Shown piece after piece: positions 32,976-44,875 of a stretch of 44,875 nt of DNA. Every line of letters begins with the position of its first letter. Position 1 is the first letter of the stretch. The DNA lies in the NCBI RefSeq assembly GCF_001194135.2, contig NC_068984.1:138114111-138158985 (forward strand), given 5' to 3'. The stretch is from Octopus bimaculoides. Lineage: Eukaryota. The notes under the pieces were generated by a model, which ran no database searches, was not told the origin of the DNA, and saw nothing but the letters and a program-made list of their open reading frames with translations. The position numbers and the translations under genes were made by a program.

Positions 32976-34369
32976 TATATTTATGGGGAGACACCTTCAT
33001 TGATGTAATATTTTCTACAGGTCCAGAGTTTGAAGTCGGAATGTAAAAACTCAGAAAGAATATCAGTTTCAACACGAACGTGTGTATGTGTCAGAAAACA
33101 GTTACGAAAACATAATTATTCTGCATTTTAGTGATGGAAGTTATTTAAAAAATTTAAACAGAATAAAGAACGGTTTCAAAAGGAATAACCTAACACCGAT
33201 GATCGTCCAAAATATTGCCCAAAATGATTGTAATATAATAATTCAAAATCGAATTGCTTAAGTCTTTAAATGCTCAACTTAATTGTATAAAAGAAATTAA
33301 TTCTAATCTTTATTTAAATACGTGTTAGTAATATCCAGTATTAATATTTTAAGCGTTCAAAAATTTTCTGTCGCCAATAATCGCGGTGTTATAACAGCTT
33401 TAAGATTCCAGACGCTTAAGTTATAAAATTAGCTTCTTTTCTCATATACGTTCGACGAAAATTCCGAATATGAAAATCATGAATGTTCGAATTAATTCCC
33501 AAAAGTAAAATCTGTCAAAATCTGACAGGCAAATAATGAATGAGATTTTTTAGTTCTGTATTTCTTTATAGATGTATGAAACCATGAATGTGTATACAAA
33601 TGTATGTATGTATGTACGACAGTGTGTATATATATATATATATATATNNNNNNNNNNNNNNNNNNNNNNNNNNNNNNNNNNNNNNNNNNNNNNNNNNNNN
33701 NNNNNNNNNNNNNNNNNNNNNNNNNNNNNNNNNNNNNNNNNNNNNNNNNNNNNNNNNNNNNNNNNNNNNNNNNNNNNNNNNNNNNNNNNNNNNNNNNNNN
33801 NNNNNNNNNNNNNNNNNNNNNNNNNNNNNNNNNNNNNNNNNNNNNNNNNNNNNNNNNNNNNNNNNNNNNNNNNNNNNNNNNNNNNNNNNNNNNNNNNNNN
33901 NNNNNNNNNNNNNNNNNNNNNNNNNNNNNNNNNNNNNNNNNNNNNNNNNNNNNNNNNNNNNNNNNNNNNNNNNNNNNNNNNNNNNNNNNNNNNNNNNNNN
34001 NNNNNNNNNNNNNNNNNNNNNNNNNNNNNNNNNNNNNNNNNNNNNNNNNNNNNNNNNNNNNNNNNNNNNNNNNNNNNNNNNNNNNNNNNNNNNNNNNNNN
34101 NNNNNNNNNNNNNNNNNNNNNNNNNNNNNNNNNNNNNNNNNNNNNNNNNNNNNNNNNNNNNNNNNNNNNNNNNNNNNNNNNNNNNNNNNNNNNNNNNNNN
34201 NNNNNNNNNNNNNNNNNNNNNNNNNNNNNNNNNNNNNNNNNNNNNNNNNNNNNNNNNNNNNNNNNNNNNNNNNNNNNNNNNNNNNNNNNNNNNNNNNNNN
34301 NNNNNNNNNNNNNNNNNNNNNNNNNNNNNNNNNNNNNNNNNNNNNNNNNNNNNNNNNNNNNNNNNNNNN

Positions 34370-34426
<57 letters not shown>

Positions 34427-34571
34427 CGAAATGACAAAGGAATAAATTATCTTGGGAAATGCGCTTTATGTTTGAGGCTCCGATGAAGTTATAAGGTGAT
34501 ACTCAGGCACTCAACTATGAATCCAATGCACCTTATAACAGAAACAGATGTAAGCTAATGAAGCTCACAAG

Positions 34572-34602
<31 letters not shown>

Positions 34603-35738
34603 GATATACTCTTTTTTCTAGCAGTACTGTTGCACAATAGCACCCTCGATCAGTTTAGTGATGACTACTTATAACCTTTCGGTTCAAAATAGCGAATAGT
34701 CGCCTTAATAATTTATAATTTTCACTTCATCATTTTCGAAATCATTCGCTGTTTCCTATGGTGTCTTTTATAAGGCTGAGAAGGTAACTTATGTTCTTTA
34801 GCCCTCAGCGATGGAGTAATGTGTCACTGAGGAAGATTAATTAAATCTGAAATCAACGCTGATATGACTCCATCTCGCTTGTCAGTCGTTAAAATAGTGT
34901 TCTCACATGGTTCAGAGCTATTTCTAGCAACGCTGGTGCTTACTGCCACCCTTAGGAACGACTGTACGTGTTGCCTTTCTGTTCTAAATTGCGAATAGCC
35001 CTCTTAATTATATATATACACATACGAATGTATGAATGTACTGATATCATTATAAGCAATCATATGCAATTGGTAGTGTAAACAAGCAAATGATATGGAT
35101 GAATTAATACTGAGCTCTAATATCAAATGTGCGTAGTTCAGAACTTTAAAACTATGTAATAAATATCATATGGTAATTTATGAGTAATTGATATGATACC
35201 ATAAGAAAGAATTGTAAACATTCACAGGATATCTATTTTTCTATGAATTGTCTCAGACGAAGTAGAAATTTTACCTGCATTACAATGTAATACAATATAA
35301 AGGGGTGGGTTATATCTATTGGAATACTTCTGCATCGTATGATTAAAATATAACAAGATAACACTTTGGATGGTATAAAATGAGAAAAATAACAGCTCGT
35401 GTTTAGTCCAAATGATATAAATTTATTATTTTTTTTTTGTGCAAAATACTTAAAATTAGTTTCCTATGTAAAGGCCTCGTTGGTTTGTCAAAATGTTCCT
35501 TTTCTCCAACTGAAATAGAAATTGAGCGCTTATATATTTATATATGGTGTCGCTTCTTAAAAAAAATTATTTATTTTGATTTTGTTTACGATCTTATTAT
35601 TTATTGACTCAATTATTGTATGAGTTCACTTTTTTTTTTTTAATATAAAGTATGCAACATTATGAAATCTTTTTCTTTTTCTTTATCATTTTATCTGTAT
35701 TGTTTTTGGCTTCTGAAAACAGAGTAAAGCTTGGTTGT

Positions 35739-35934
35739 TTAATCAATCTTTTCGCACTTCAGTTGTGGCATCGTCACTGTTAAAGAGATTGGTATTGCTC
35801 TCGGAGCTTCCAAATCATTTTCTATATCCATTTCTTCGTTGTCTGAGGAATCACTCGAGTCTTTTGATTCGTTATCCATTTCTTTAGAACTGTCAGCCAA
35901 ATCTGATTTCTCTTTTCCACCATCTGTCATGTTT
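35739..35934 (-). CDS. candidate terminal coding exon of an unidentified gene (acidic, ends PQLKCEKID*)
   Basis: Non-repetitive D/E/S-rich open frame running out of a gap, then TAA and an AU-rich region with AATAAA (for example near 35427, minus strand). No family recognised. Confidence 0.42.
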
Positions 35935-37001
35935 NNNNNNNNNNNNNNNNNNNNNNNNNNNNNNNNNNNNNNNNNNNNNNNNNNNNNNNNNNNNNNNNNN
36001 NNNNNNNNNNNNNNNNNNNNNNNNNNNNNNNNNNNNNNNNNNNNNNNNNNNNNNNNNNNNNNNNNNNNNNNNNNNNNNNNNNNNNNNNNNNNNNNNNNNN
36101 NNNNNNNNNNNNNNNNNNNNNNNNNNNNNNNNNNNNNNNNNNNNNNNNNNNNNNNNNNNNNNNNNNNNNNNNNNNNNNNNNNNNNNNNNNNNNNNNNNNN
36201 NNNNNNNNNNNNNNNNNNNNNNNNNNNNNNNNNNNNNNNNNNNNNNNNNNNNNNNNNNNNNNNNNNNNNNNNNNNNNNNNNNNNNNNNNNNNNNNNNNNN
36301 NNNNNNNNNNNNNNNNNNNNNNNNNNNNNNNNNNNNNNNNNNNNNNNNNNNNNNNNNNNNNNNNNNNNNNNNNNNNNNNNNNNNNNNNNNNNNNNNNNNN
36401 NNNNNNNNNNNNNNNNNNNNNNNNNNNNNNNNNNNNNNNNNNNNNNNNNNNNNNNNNNNNNNNNNNNNNNNNNNNNNNNNNNNNNNNNNNNNNNNNNNNN
36501 NNNNNNNNNNNNNNNNNNNNNNNNNNNNNNNNNNNNNNNNNNNNNNNNNNNNNNNNNNNNNNNNNNNNNNNNNNNNNNNNNNNNNNNNNNNNNNNNNNNN
36601 NNNNNNNNNNNNNNNNNNNNNNNNNNNNNNNNNNNNNNNNNNNNNNNNNNNNNNNNNNNNNNNNNNNNNNNNNNNNNNNNNNNNNNNNNNNNNNNNNNNN
36701 NNNNNNNNNNNNNNNNNNNNNNNNNNNNNNNNNNNNNNNNNNNNNNNNNNNNNNNNNNNNNNNNNNNNNNNNNNNNNNNNNNNNNNNNNNNNNNNNNNNN
36801 NNNNNNNNNNNNNNNNNNNNNNNNNNNNNNNNNNNNNATGTATGTATGTATATATGTATGTATGTATTCTAGACTAGACTACCGTTTTCTAGTAACGGAG
36901 TTTTGTTTCGTGTTTTTTTTTTCTTTTCCTGGTTATTTCGCATACTTTCAATGAATGTGACATCGAAATCACGCGTAAACGACTCCTTTCCCCAGAAAAG
37001 G

Positions 37002-37119
37002 AAAGATTTAGCTGCTATTTCTTGCACTCCCTGCTACCATGTAACAAGCATTTCGGGTCCTTTGTCGCAAATAGCTGCTAGTGCAGGAAGGGTGTGCTAG
37101 AAATAGCAGCCAAATCTTT
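37002..37119. repeat. short inverted-repeat (hairpin or MITE-like) element
   Basis: aaagatttagctgctatttcttgcac / gtgctagaaatagcagccaaatcttt, 26-bp arms with 2 mismatches. Confidence 0.7.
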
Positions 37120-37758
37120 GGAGGTGAGATACGTTGAATGCACTCGAAAAAAAAAAAAAAACTATGGATAAAAAAACTATTTCACACCGAGATTACGAAC
37201 GCGTCTTTTACGAAATATTTACTGTATTTTTAAAGTCAATTTTACTTTAAAATATTTTTTTAAATATGACAAAATAATCATATTTGGATATGTACGTGTA
37301 TATGATTGTGTATGTTTATAAGCAATAAGTTGAATGTGGCACAACTTGTATGAATCTTCAGACTGTGGTGGAAGAACGTTATAACGTTTATAATCATAGT
37401 ACAGCCTGCCAATGTCTAAGCACATATTTTCTGGCGTGTGGACATGATCGAAAATTTCGCTTTTAGTTTAAAAGTAGTTATCCGGTTGAGGAGAGTTCTT
37501 TACTACAAACCTTTTCTCCACCACGCATAACCTGCATCTCCGACAGCTATTGAAATAAGGCCAGCATCTCTGCAGTACTCTCCCTTTGAAACTGTAATCC
37601 GCGCTACTTTCTTTCAGTGACCATATTTGCTTTGCTAGAGCTGTGACCCATCCTGAGTATTAAAGGAAGACTTGTGGTTGTGAAATCTGGTCCTAAAGGG
37701 ACATGTGTGTATGTGTGTGCGTGTGCGTGCATATATATGCTCTCTCTCTCTCTATCTG

Positions 37759-37840
<82 letters not shown>

Positions 37841-39839
37841 ACACACACGTACACATATAGACACAGGTACACGCATACGTATGTGTGTGTGTGTGTGCGT
37901 CTGGAGAGAGAGAGCGAAAACTGATATGGAAGTAGTACGTGCTATTAATTCGAAGAAATTAAGAATTCCATACTTTTATCGGATAAAGATATTTTTGTGC
38001 GAACTGGAAGTTTCAACATACATACATTAATAAATTAAAACATACATACATTAATAAATTAAAACATACATACATACATGTAAACATGCACGCGCACGCA
38101 CACACACACACGCACACAGATATGAAAATATGCGTGTGTATATACAGTGAGTATCTGCATTTAGAGTCTAGTTGTATTATATGTGTGTGTGTGTGTGTGT
38201 GTGAGTATGTGTATTTTCGACACGTGCACATTTAAACAACGCCATACCAAAATCTGTTTCACATTCCACTCAATTTCTCTTGATGAGCTTTCAATATGTA
38301 AAACGATGCCCGAAATCAAGAGCGCAAAGCATCTCCAGAAAAGTGTCGATGTTACCTTATAATAAATGATATATCATTGATGTTGGCACAGAACACACAC
38401 ACCAACCAACTTTGCTCTAACGATTGATGGCATCTACACAGCATCTACATATATCATTCACGCCACTAATATGTACTTTTAATAAATGGCTATACCATTC
38501 ATCACGATGTAGCAGTAACATGAAACTGCAAAGATAAGCGATATAGTTATATTGATGGTGGTAGTGGAAATGATGTTTGGTGAGATGAAATGTTACATAA
38601 ACTATGTAATTCGAAAATAATTAAACATGTTTATTATAGTTGTTTGTTGTCGTCGTCGTTGTTGTTGTTGTTGGTGGTGGTAGTAGTGGTAGTAGTGGTG
38701 GTTAGACCCAGATCAGCTCTGGTCGTCGAATGACCTCTGATGAAATTCATTCTAGGTGGGACCATCTCGTCTTTCCAGATATAGTTTTATGTCAGACTAC
38801 ATCGTCCAAGTTAGACTTCAGTATAATTTCAAGAGGAATTTATCTACTATTTCTATCAGTTTGAGTGACCAAGTAATTGCTCCCTTATTGGTTAATTTTT
38901 GATGTGTGTACTTGTACATAAAATATATTTCTTTCGGCTAGACGCACAAGGAAATTTCATAAAATCGAAGTGACCACAGTCTGGTTGGCTCCTGTTGGCG
39001 CTTCCTTCTCATATATATAATTTCTTAAATAGATACAACGTCTCGAGTGGGAAACGGATCAAGAGATTGCGTAATATTCATAATTTTTTCCAACCGGGAA
39101 TTGAAATCAGATAGCAGTTTTAGTTCCAGGGGAGCCCACCTTTTCATTTCTCCCTCTTAAGCCCTTACCATGCTGTAATTGAAAAACATTAAAATGCGAA
39201 AATGTAATAGTCATCGTCGTCGTCATCGTCGTCGTCGTAGCAATAGCAGTAGCAGTTGTTGCTGTTATTGTTGTTGTTATTTTAACTGTTGTTGATGTTC
39301 AAATTACTGTAAATGTAATCTTTCTGCTTGCTTGACACCCAGTATAGCGGTTGTGTTACTCTTCGAGGTGCTATTATTTTCAGTAGGTTCCAGCGAAAAT
39401 ACTTAATAATTTCAATGACTCGCTAATCTACAGTCTGGTCGGAATCAACGTGAGCCTCTGTTTTCTTTCTTCTTTCTTTACTTTAAAAAAAAAAACTTTC
39501 TCTCTTTCTTTCTTCGTTTCTTTCGTTCATTCTTTCTTCCTCTTTAATTCTCCTTCTCTTCCAACACTTCCGTCTGTCCTTTCTAATACAAATCAAAATA
39601 TACTAGCTGCTTCTTAATCTAAACCACTCTACATTAACCATCAAGACATTTCTCCATCCCTCCCCTATTTCTTTATTTTCTCTCCCTCAATTTTCCTCAA
39701 TTATTTCCTTTTTCTTTTTCCAGTATTTTTTCAAACGACAAAAGAACAAAAAGAAACAACAGCAAGGCATCTGTCGCCTGCATCCACTCTCAAACTGATC
39801 AGTGTTCGATTTATGTTCAACTTAAAATTATTTATTTAT

Positions 39840-40216
39840 TTATTTTTTAGGACTTGTAGCTGTGATTAGACTGCGGCCATGCTGGGGCACCGCCTTCAAA
39901 AATTTTTAGTCTAATGAATCCACCCCCAGTACTTAATTTTGTTAAAGCCTAGTACTTGTTCTATCGGGGTTCTTTTGCCGAACCGCTAAGTTACAGAGAC
40001 GTAAACACGCCAACACCGGTTGTCAAACGGTTGCGGGGACAAAAAATACACACACCCTCGATAGGTTCCTTTTCAGTCTCCATCTGCCAAATTCACCCAC
40101 AAGCCTTTGGTCAGCTCGAGTCTATAGCAGGAGACACTTACCCAAGGATTGAACCCAGAACCATGTGGTTGTGAAGCAGGATTTTTTTTTTTTATCACAT
40201 AGTCATGCCTGCGCTT
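39840..40216 (-). mobile_element. family A SINE, diverged
   Basis: Reverse complement matches the family A head and tail. Confidence 0.7.
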
Positions 40217-40788
40217 AGACTATATAGCTTAATACATATGAGAAAATTTTAAACTAAGTTTCAGGAAGCTGTAGTGTTTCCGAGGCAAAAGATTATTTCG
40301 CTGGGCGAATGTTTAATGTTTTTCACTCACACACACATAACTACGCTCAAGAACACGCACATGCGCACAAGTATATACACCCACTCACACACGTACATTC
40401 ACATACGCACACACGTATACACATACTCACATACACACAAGCACACACATGCATACATATAAACATACATACACTAACTCCTACACTCAAACATACGCAC
40501 ACATGCATACAAACATACATCCATACATATGTGCATGTATGCATGCACACATACATACATACATACATACATACATAGAAACATACATATACACAGACAT
40601 ACATATGACATTTTTCCGTAGAATTTTGTGGAATGTGGAATTTTGGAACGTATCACTACAATTGTCACGGGGATTAAGAGATAACCGAAACTCCAGTCAG
40701 TTTAATGATTCTGTTGCTAGGAACTGCGTTGCCATGAGCTACATTCCATAACGACCCTAGACATGTGTGTAACGTTATAACATTTAAG

Positions 40789-41036
40789 GAAGGCGCGTGG
40801 CTAAGTGGTTAGGCCATTTGGCTCAAGATCGTAAGGTCGTGAGTTCGATGCATGTCGTGCTGTGCCTGTAATTCAAAGGGGCCTGCCTTGTCACATTATG
40901 TGTCACACTGAATCCTCCTGAGAGCTATGTTAAGGGTATGTGTGTCTGTGGAGTGCTCAGCCATTTGCACGTTAATTTCACGTGCAGGCTGTTCCATTGA
41001 TCAATTGGAACACTTGTCGTAAGCGACGGAGTGCCA
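40789..41036 (+). mobile_element. family D SINE with internal deletion
   Basis: gaaggcgcgtggctaagtgg head and shared C/D 3' body. Confidence 0.75.
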
Positions 41037-41276
41037 GTTTTTATAACACTTATGCTTAGCTGTGTGGTTAAGAAGTTGGTTTTTCAAGAAATCTGTACTA
41101 GTTTTGAATCTATTCTGTGGCACCAAGTACTTCCAACATTATCCTTGACATAACAGAAACGTATTTGATATCGGCCATTGATGAGGTGATGATGAACTCA
41201 GCGATGGACACACACACACGCACGCACACTCTCACACAGAAACACACGCATACACAAACGTATACACCGTCATACC

Positions 41277-41308
<32 letters not shown>

Positions 41309-42363
41309 NNNNNNNNNNNNNNNNNNNNNNNNNNNNNNNNNNNNNNNNNNNNNNNNTATATATGTGTGTGTGTGTGTATATATATACGTACACACTCATG
41401 CATAGCATACACAAACATGCACTCCCTCGTACCCGCAAGTATACGAATGAATTGAAATTACCAGAACTTCCCTCAACATTTTAATCCCTCAATGCAGAAG
41501 TATTCAAGTATCAAAATATTAAAAAGGCTCTATGAAATCCAGGAGTTCCTAAAGTTTTTCCGTTTCATTACCTCTGCAAACTTTGTGAAAAAAAGAAATG
41601 TTCCCCCTACTCTATTTTGTTCCGTAATTTGAGTTTACACTTCTACCATAATAAAACCACCGACATAGAAAAAAATGTTATATACTGCGTTTAAACAAGC
41701 CTATGAAAATAGTTGGAACAGCACATAAATATGTGATTTCACTTGCATATGGACTAATACGAAACAGATCCCAGAGTAAACAGTTTCTTTTTCTAAATCA
41801 AATTACTCCATAAGCAACACATTAATTCTGAAAATGCAATAAAGAACTTAAAAGATTTCACTTTTGTATCTGGTTTGCAAAGTTTCTTAATGGGAACCCG
41901 TGTGTTGAAACATATTTTGTTGCATCTGAAGAGGGTCATTATTGATCGATTAACCTAATGAGTAATGATAAAAAAGAACCGATTGTTTAACTGGTTAGAT
42001 ATTTAATGAATTGAAGATTTAAAAATGGCTGTGCTCCAGCATGGCCGTAGTTAAAACGAGTAAAAGAATAAAAGAATAAAAGTGAAATAAAGACCGTCAA
42101 CTCTAAATAAGCTAAAAGATAAAGGAAAGCTTTATCTTCACTTGCAAATTCGACCTTCAAGTTTTCTTCTCAAATTCAAATATCTTAAATTTATAATTAA
42201 AAGCAAATCAGTAAATTTATTCACTCAGAGCGACTAAATCCCCTAACCCTCTGATCTAATCAAGTATTACTGCAAATGCTAACCAGTCAATTAATCTTTT
42301 ATACTTTCGTCTGGTATTTAAGTAAAATACTTTTTAAATAATCGTTTGCTTTATTGAAACATT

Positions 42364-42570
42364 AAGGTGGCGAGCTGGCAGAACCGTTAGCACGTCAGAC
42401 AAAATGTTCAGCAGCATTTCTTCCAGCTCTTTACATTCTGAGTTCAAATCCTACTGAGGTCACTTTTTCTTTTCATTCCTTAGGGGTCGATAAAATAAAG
42501 TACCAGACAAATTCTTCGGAGGTCGGTGCAATCGGCGTGTCTCACCCCTTCAAAATTACAGACCTTAAAC
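42364..42570 (+). mobile_element. family B SINE, diverged
   Basis: aaggtggcgagctggcagaaccgttagcac head and ggggtcgataaaataaagtaccag core. Confidence 0.7.
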
Positions 42571-42783
42571 CCTGCAACGGATGAGTTGGAAAAAAAAATG
42601 AAACAAACAAAAATACTATTGTAACATCATTTTAAGAGAACCTCAACGAATTTGTTCGTGTCGTAATAAATAGCAGTTAAACTTAATTTAAAAGGGAGGG
42701 ACACATTGAATAATGTAGTATTTAGTATAATTTGGTATACTAAGACTGGAAAAGAAGCTGCGTTGTGCACGGTTAGAGAACCT

Positions 42784-42860
42784 TAATAATAATAATTATA
42801 ATGATAATGATAATAATAATAATTATAATGATAATAATAATAATAATAATAATAATTATT

Positions 42861-42914
<54 letters not shown>
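42784..42914. repeat. head-to-head (AAT)n/(ATT)n fold-back microsatellite
   Basis: Strand switch at about 42855. Confidence 0.85.
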
Positions 42915-42917
<3 letters not shown>

Positions 42918-43686
42918 TGCTGCTGACCTGTGACCGAACAACTAAAACAACAACGTTGGGTATAGGCCTATCTCTGTGGTTGGAAAGCTTGCTTCCCAAC
43001 CATGCAGTCTTGTGTTCGTTCCCACTGCACGGCACAGATTGTCTACCCGGGCCGGCCAAAATCTCGTGAGTAGATTTGGCAAAAGGAAACTGAAAGAGGC
43101 CCAGTGCACACACACACACANNNNNNNNNNNNNNNNNNNNNNNNNNNNNNNNNNNNNNNNNNNNNNNNNNNNNNNNNNNNNNNNNNNNNNNNNNNNNNNN
43201 NNNNNNNNNNNNNNNNNNNNNNNNNNNNNNNNNNNNNNNNNNNNNNNNNNNNNNNNNNNNNNNNNNNNNNNNNNNNNNNNNNNNNNNNNNNNNNNNNNNN
43301 NNNNNNNNNNNNNNNNNNNNNNNNNNNNNNNNNNNNNNNNNNNNNNNNNNNNNNNNNNNNNNNNNNNNNNNNNNNNNNNNNNNNNNNNNNNNNNNNNNNN
43401 NNNNNNNNNNNNNNNNNNNNNNNNNNNNNNNNNNNNNNNNNNNNNNNNNNNNNNNNNNNNNNNNNNNNNNNNNNNNNNNNNNNNNNNNNNNNNNNNNNNN
43501 NNNNNNNNNNNNNNNNNNNNNNNNNNNNNNNNNNNNNNNNNNNNNNNNNNNNNNNNNNNNNNNNNNNNNNNNNNNNNNNNNNNNNNNNNNNNNNNNNNNN
43601 NNNNNNNNNNNNNNNNNNNNNNNNNNNNNNNNNNNNNNNNNNNNNNNNNNNNNNNNNNNNNNNNNNNNNNNNNNNNNNNNNNNNNN

Positions 43687-43724
43687 TATTATTATTATTA
43701 TTATTATCATTATTATTATTATTA

Positions 43725-43764
<40 letters not shown>

Positions 43765-43868
43765 CATTATTATTATTATTATCATTATTATTATTATTAT
43801 TATTATCATTATTATTATTATTATCATTATTATTATTATTATTATTATTATCATTATTATTATTATTA

Positions 43869-43905
<37 letters not shown>

Positions 43906-43919
43906 CATTATTATTATTA

Positions 43920-43951
<32 letters not shown>

Positions 43952-43952
43952 T
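43687..43952. repeat. (TAT)n array with interspersed CAT units
   Basis: Directly visible. Confidence 0.95.
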
Positions 43953-44007
43953 TATCTTGTTATGTATTTACTTTTTGCAATCATCTAATCACAACTGCCT
44001 GCCTTCA

Positions 44008-44240
44008 GCTCACCGCAAACATTTAAGTACAGCTAGCGTTACTGACCTGCCACTACTTTTTCTCACTGGGAGGTCTTAACTGTGGAAGTTAGCCATATGG
44101 AGTGCACTGGCTGCGTGCCTGTCTGTCTGCTCGCCCTGCCTTTATAGTGAAGGCAATGCGAGAAATCTGTTAGACATATTAACAACGCATGATTCCATTG
44201 CACTATGTAACTTCTATTACTTTCGGCACAACCAATGTAC
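44008..44240 (-). promoter_or_regulatory. candidate TATA promoter and short first exon
   Basis: TATAAAG at 44146-44140, CCAAT near 44232, and ATGTTTGCG|gtgagc at 44022-44008, in unique GC-richer sequence. Confidence 0.22.
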
Positions 44241-44286
44241 GTTGTTGAAGGCAATCAGCTGACCTGTCATAACATAATGTTTAATA

Positions 44287-44330
<44 letters not shown>

Positions 44331-44632
44331 NNNNNNNNNNACCCGGAACCATGTGGTTTGTAAGCAAGCTACTTACCACACAGCCACTAAAAAATTGAAG
44401 CTTGATCGCACCGTTTTCTGAACAAATCGTTACACTTCACCACTTCACCTTCTAACCACCGCCTCTGTCTATTTAACAATGTATATGTTTGTATATTCAC
44501 TTCCCGTATCTTCTCCATGACCACCATATCTTCCTTGTTATTTTTCGCTTCTCGTTATCTCGCTCTAATTTCTTTACAATTTCTATTCCTTTCTGTTTCT
44601 TCTTGAATCTATTTAAAACTTCTTTTCATTCT

Positions 44633-44657
44633 ATCATCATCATCATCATCATCATCA

Positions 44658-44703
<46 letters not shown>

Positions 44704-44875
44704 CATCATTATTATTATTATTATCATTATTATTATTAATATTATTATTAATATTATTATTATTATTATTATTATTATCATTATAATTATTATCATTATT
44801 ATTATTATCATTATTATTATCATTATTATTATTATTATTATCATCATCATCATTATTATTATCATTATTATTATT
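44633..44875. repeat. (CAT)n/(TAT)n array running to the window end
   Basis: Directly visible. Confidence 0.95.

Noticed and set aside
41900-41960. CTGAAGAG-ggtc/gatc hammerhead-like motif
   Set aside because: GAAA is replaced by GATT and there is no stem I or III. At best a dead relic.
14356-44079. Long ORFs in the track (200-390 aa) containing X runs
   Set aside because: They are read-through of N gaps. Only the 19529-19803 part and possibly the 35739-35934 part have coding character.
23831-44865. Poly-I, poly-Y, poly-L, HTHT and CVCV ORFs
   Set aside because: Translations of (TAA)n, (CA)n and (TA)n microsatellites.

Overview
AT-rich, microsatellite-dense eukaryotic DNA with about ten assembly gaps. 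The SINE repertoire and repeat style point to an Octopus-like coleoid cephalopod, which is an inference. One host gene is recognisable: the first two coding exons of an OATP/SLCO4-like organic anion transporter on the minus strand (5900-5714 and 5117-4842, canonical splice sites, frame preserved); the rest lies beyond position 1 or in a gap. An unidentified acidic terminal exon may lie at 35934-35739 (-). Most of the remainder is mobile DNA: several modular tRNA-derived SINE families; mariner, Tigger, piggyBac and hAT-type fossils or MITEs; and non-LTR fossils of RTE, CR1/L2, R4/Dong and CRE type. The most interesting signal is a Penelope-like element (PLE) and hammerhead ribozyme system. Family 1 is a tRNA/Pol III-headed short element carrying a minimal type I hammerhead (2 copies; one has a PLE-style inverted 3' end, the other abuts a PLE ORF N-terminus). 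Family 2 is an unrelated fold-back element with 13-15 bp TSDs that also carries a minimal hammerhead (3 copies). A PLE RT/GIY-YIG fossil lies at 21.9-22.5 kb. No CRISPR array, rRNA or bona fide tRNA gene is supported.
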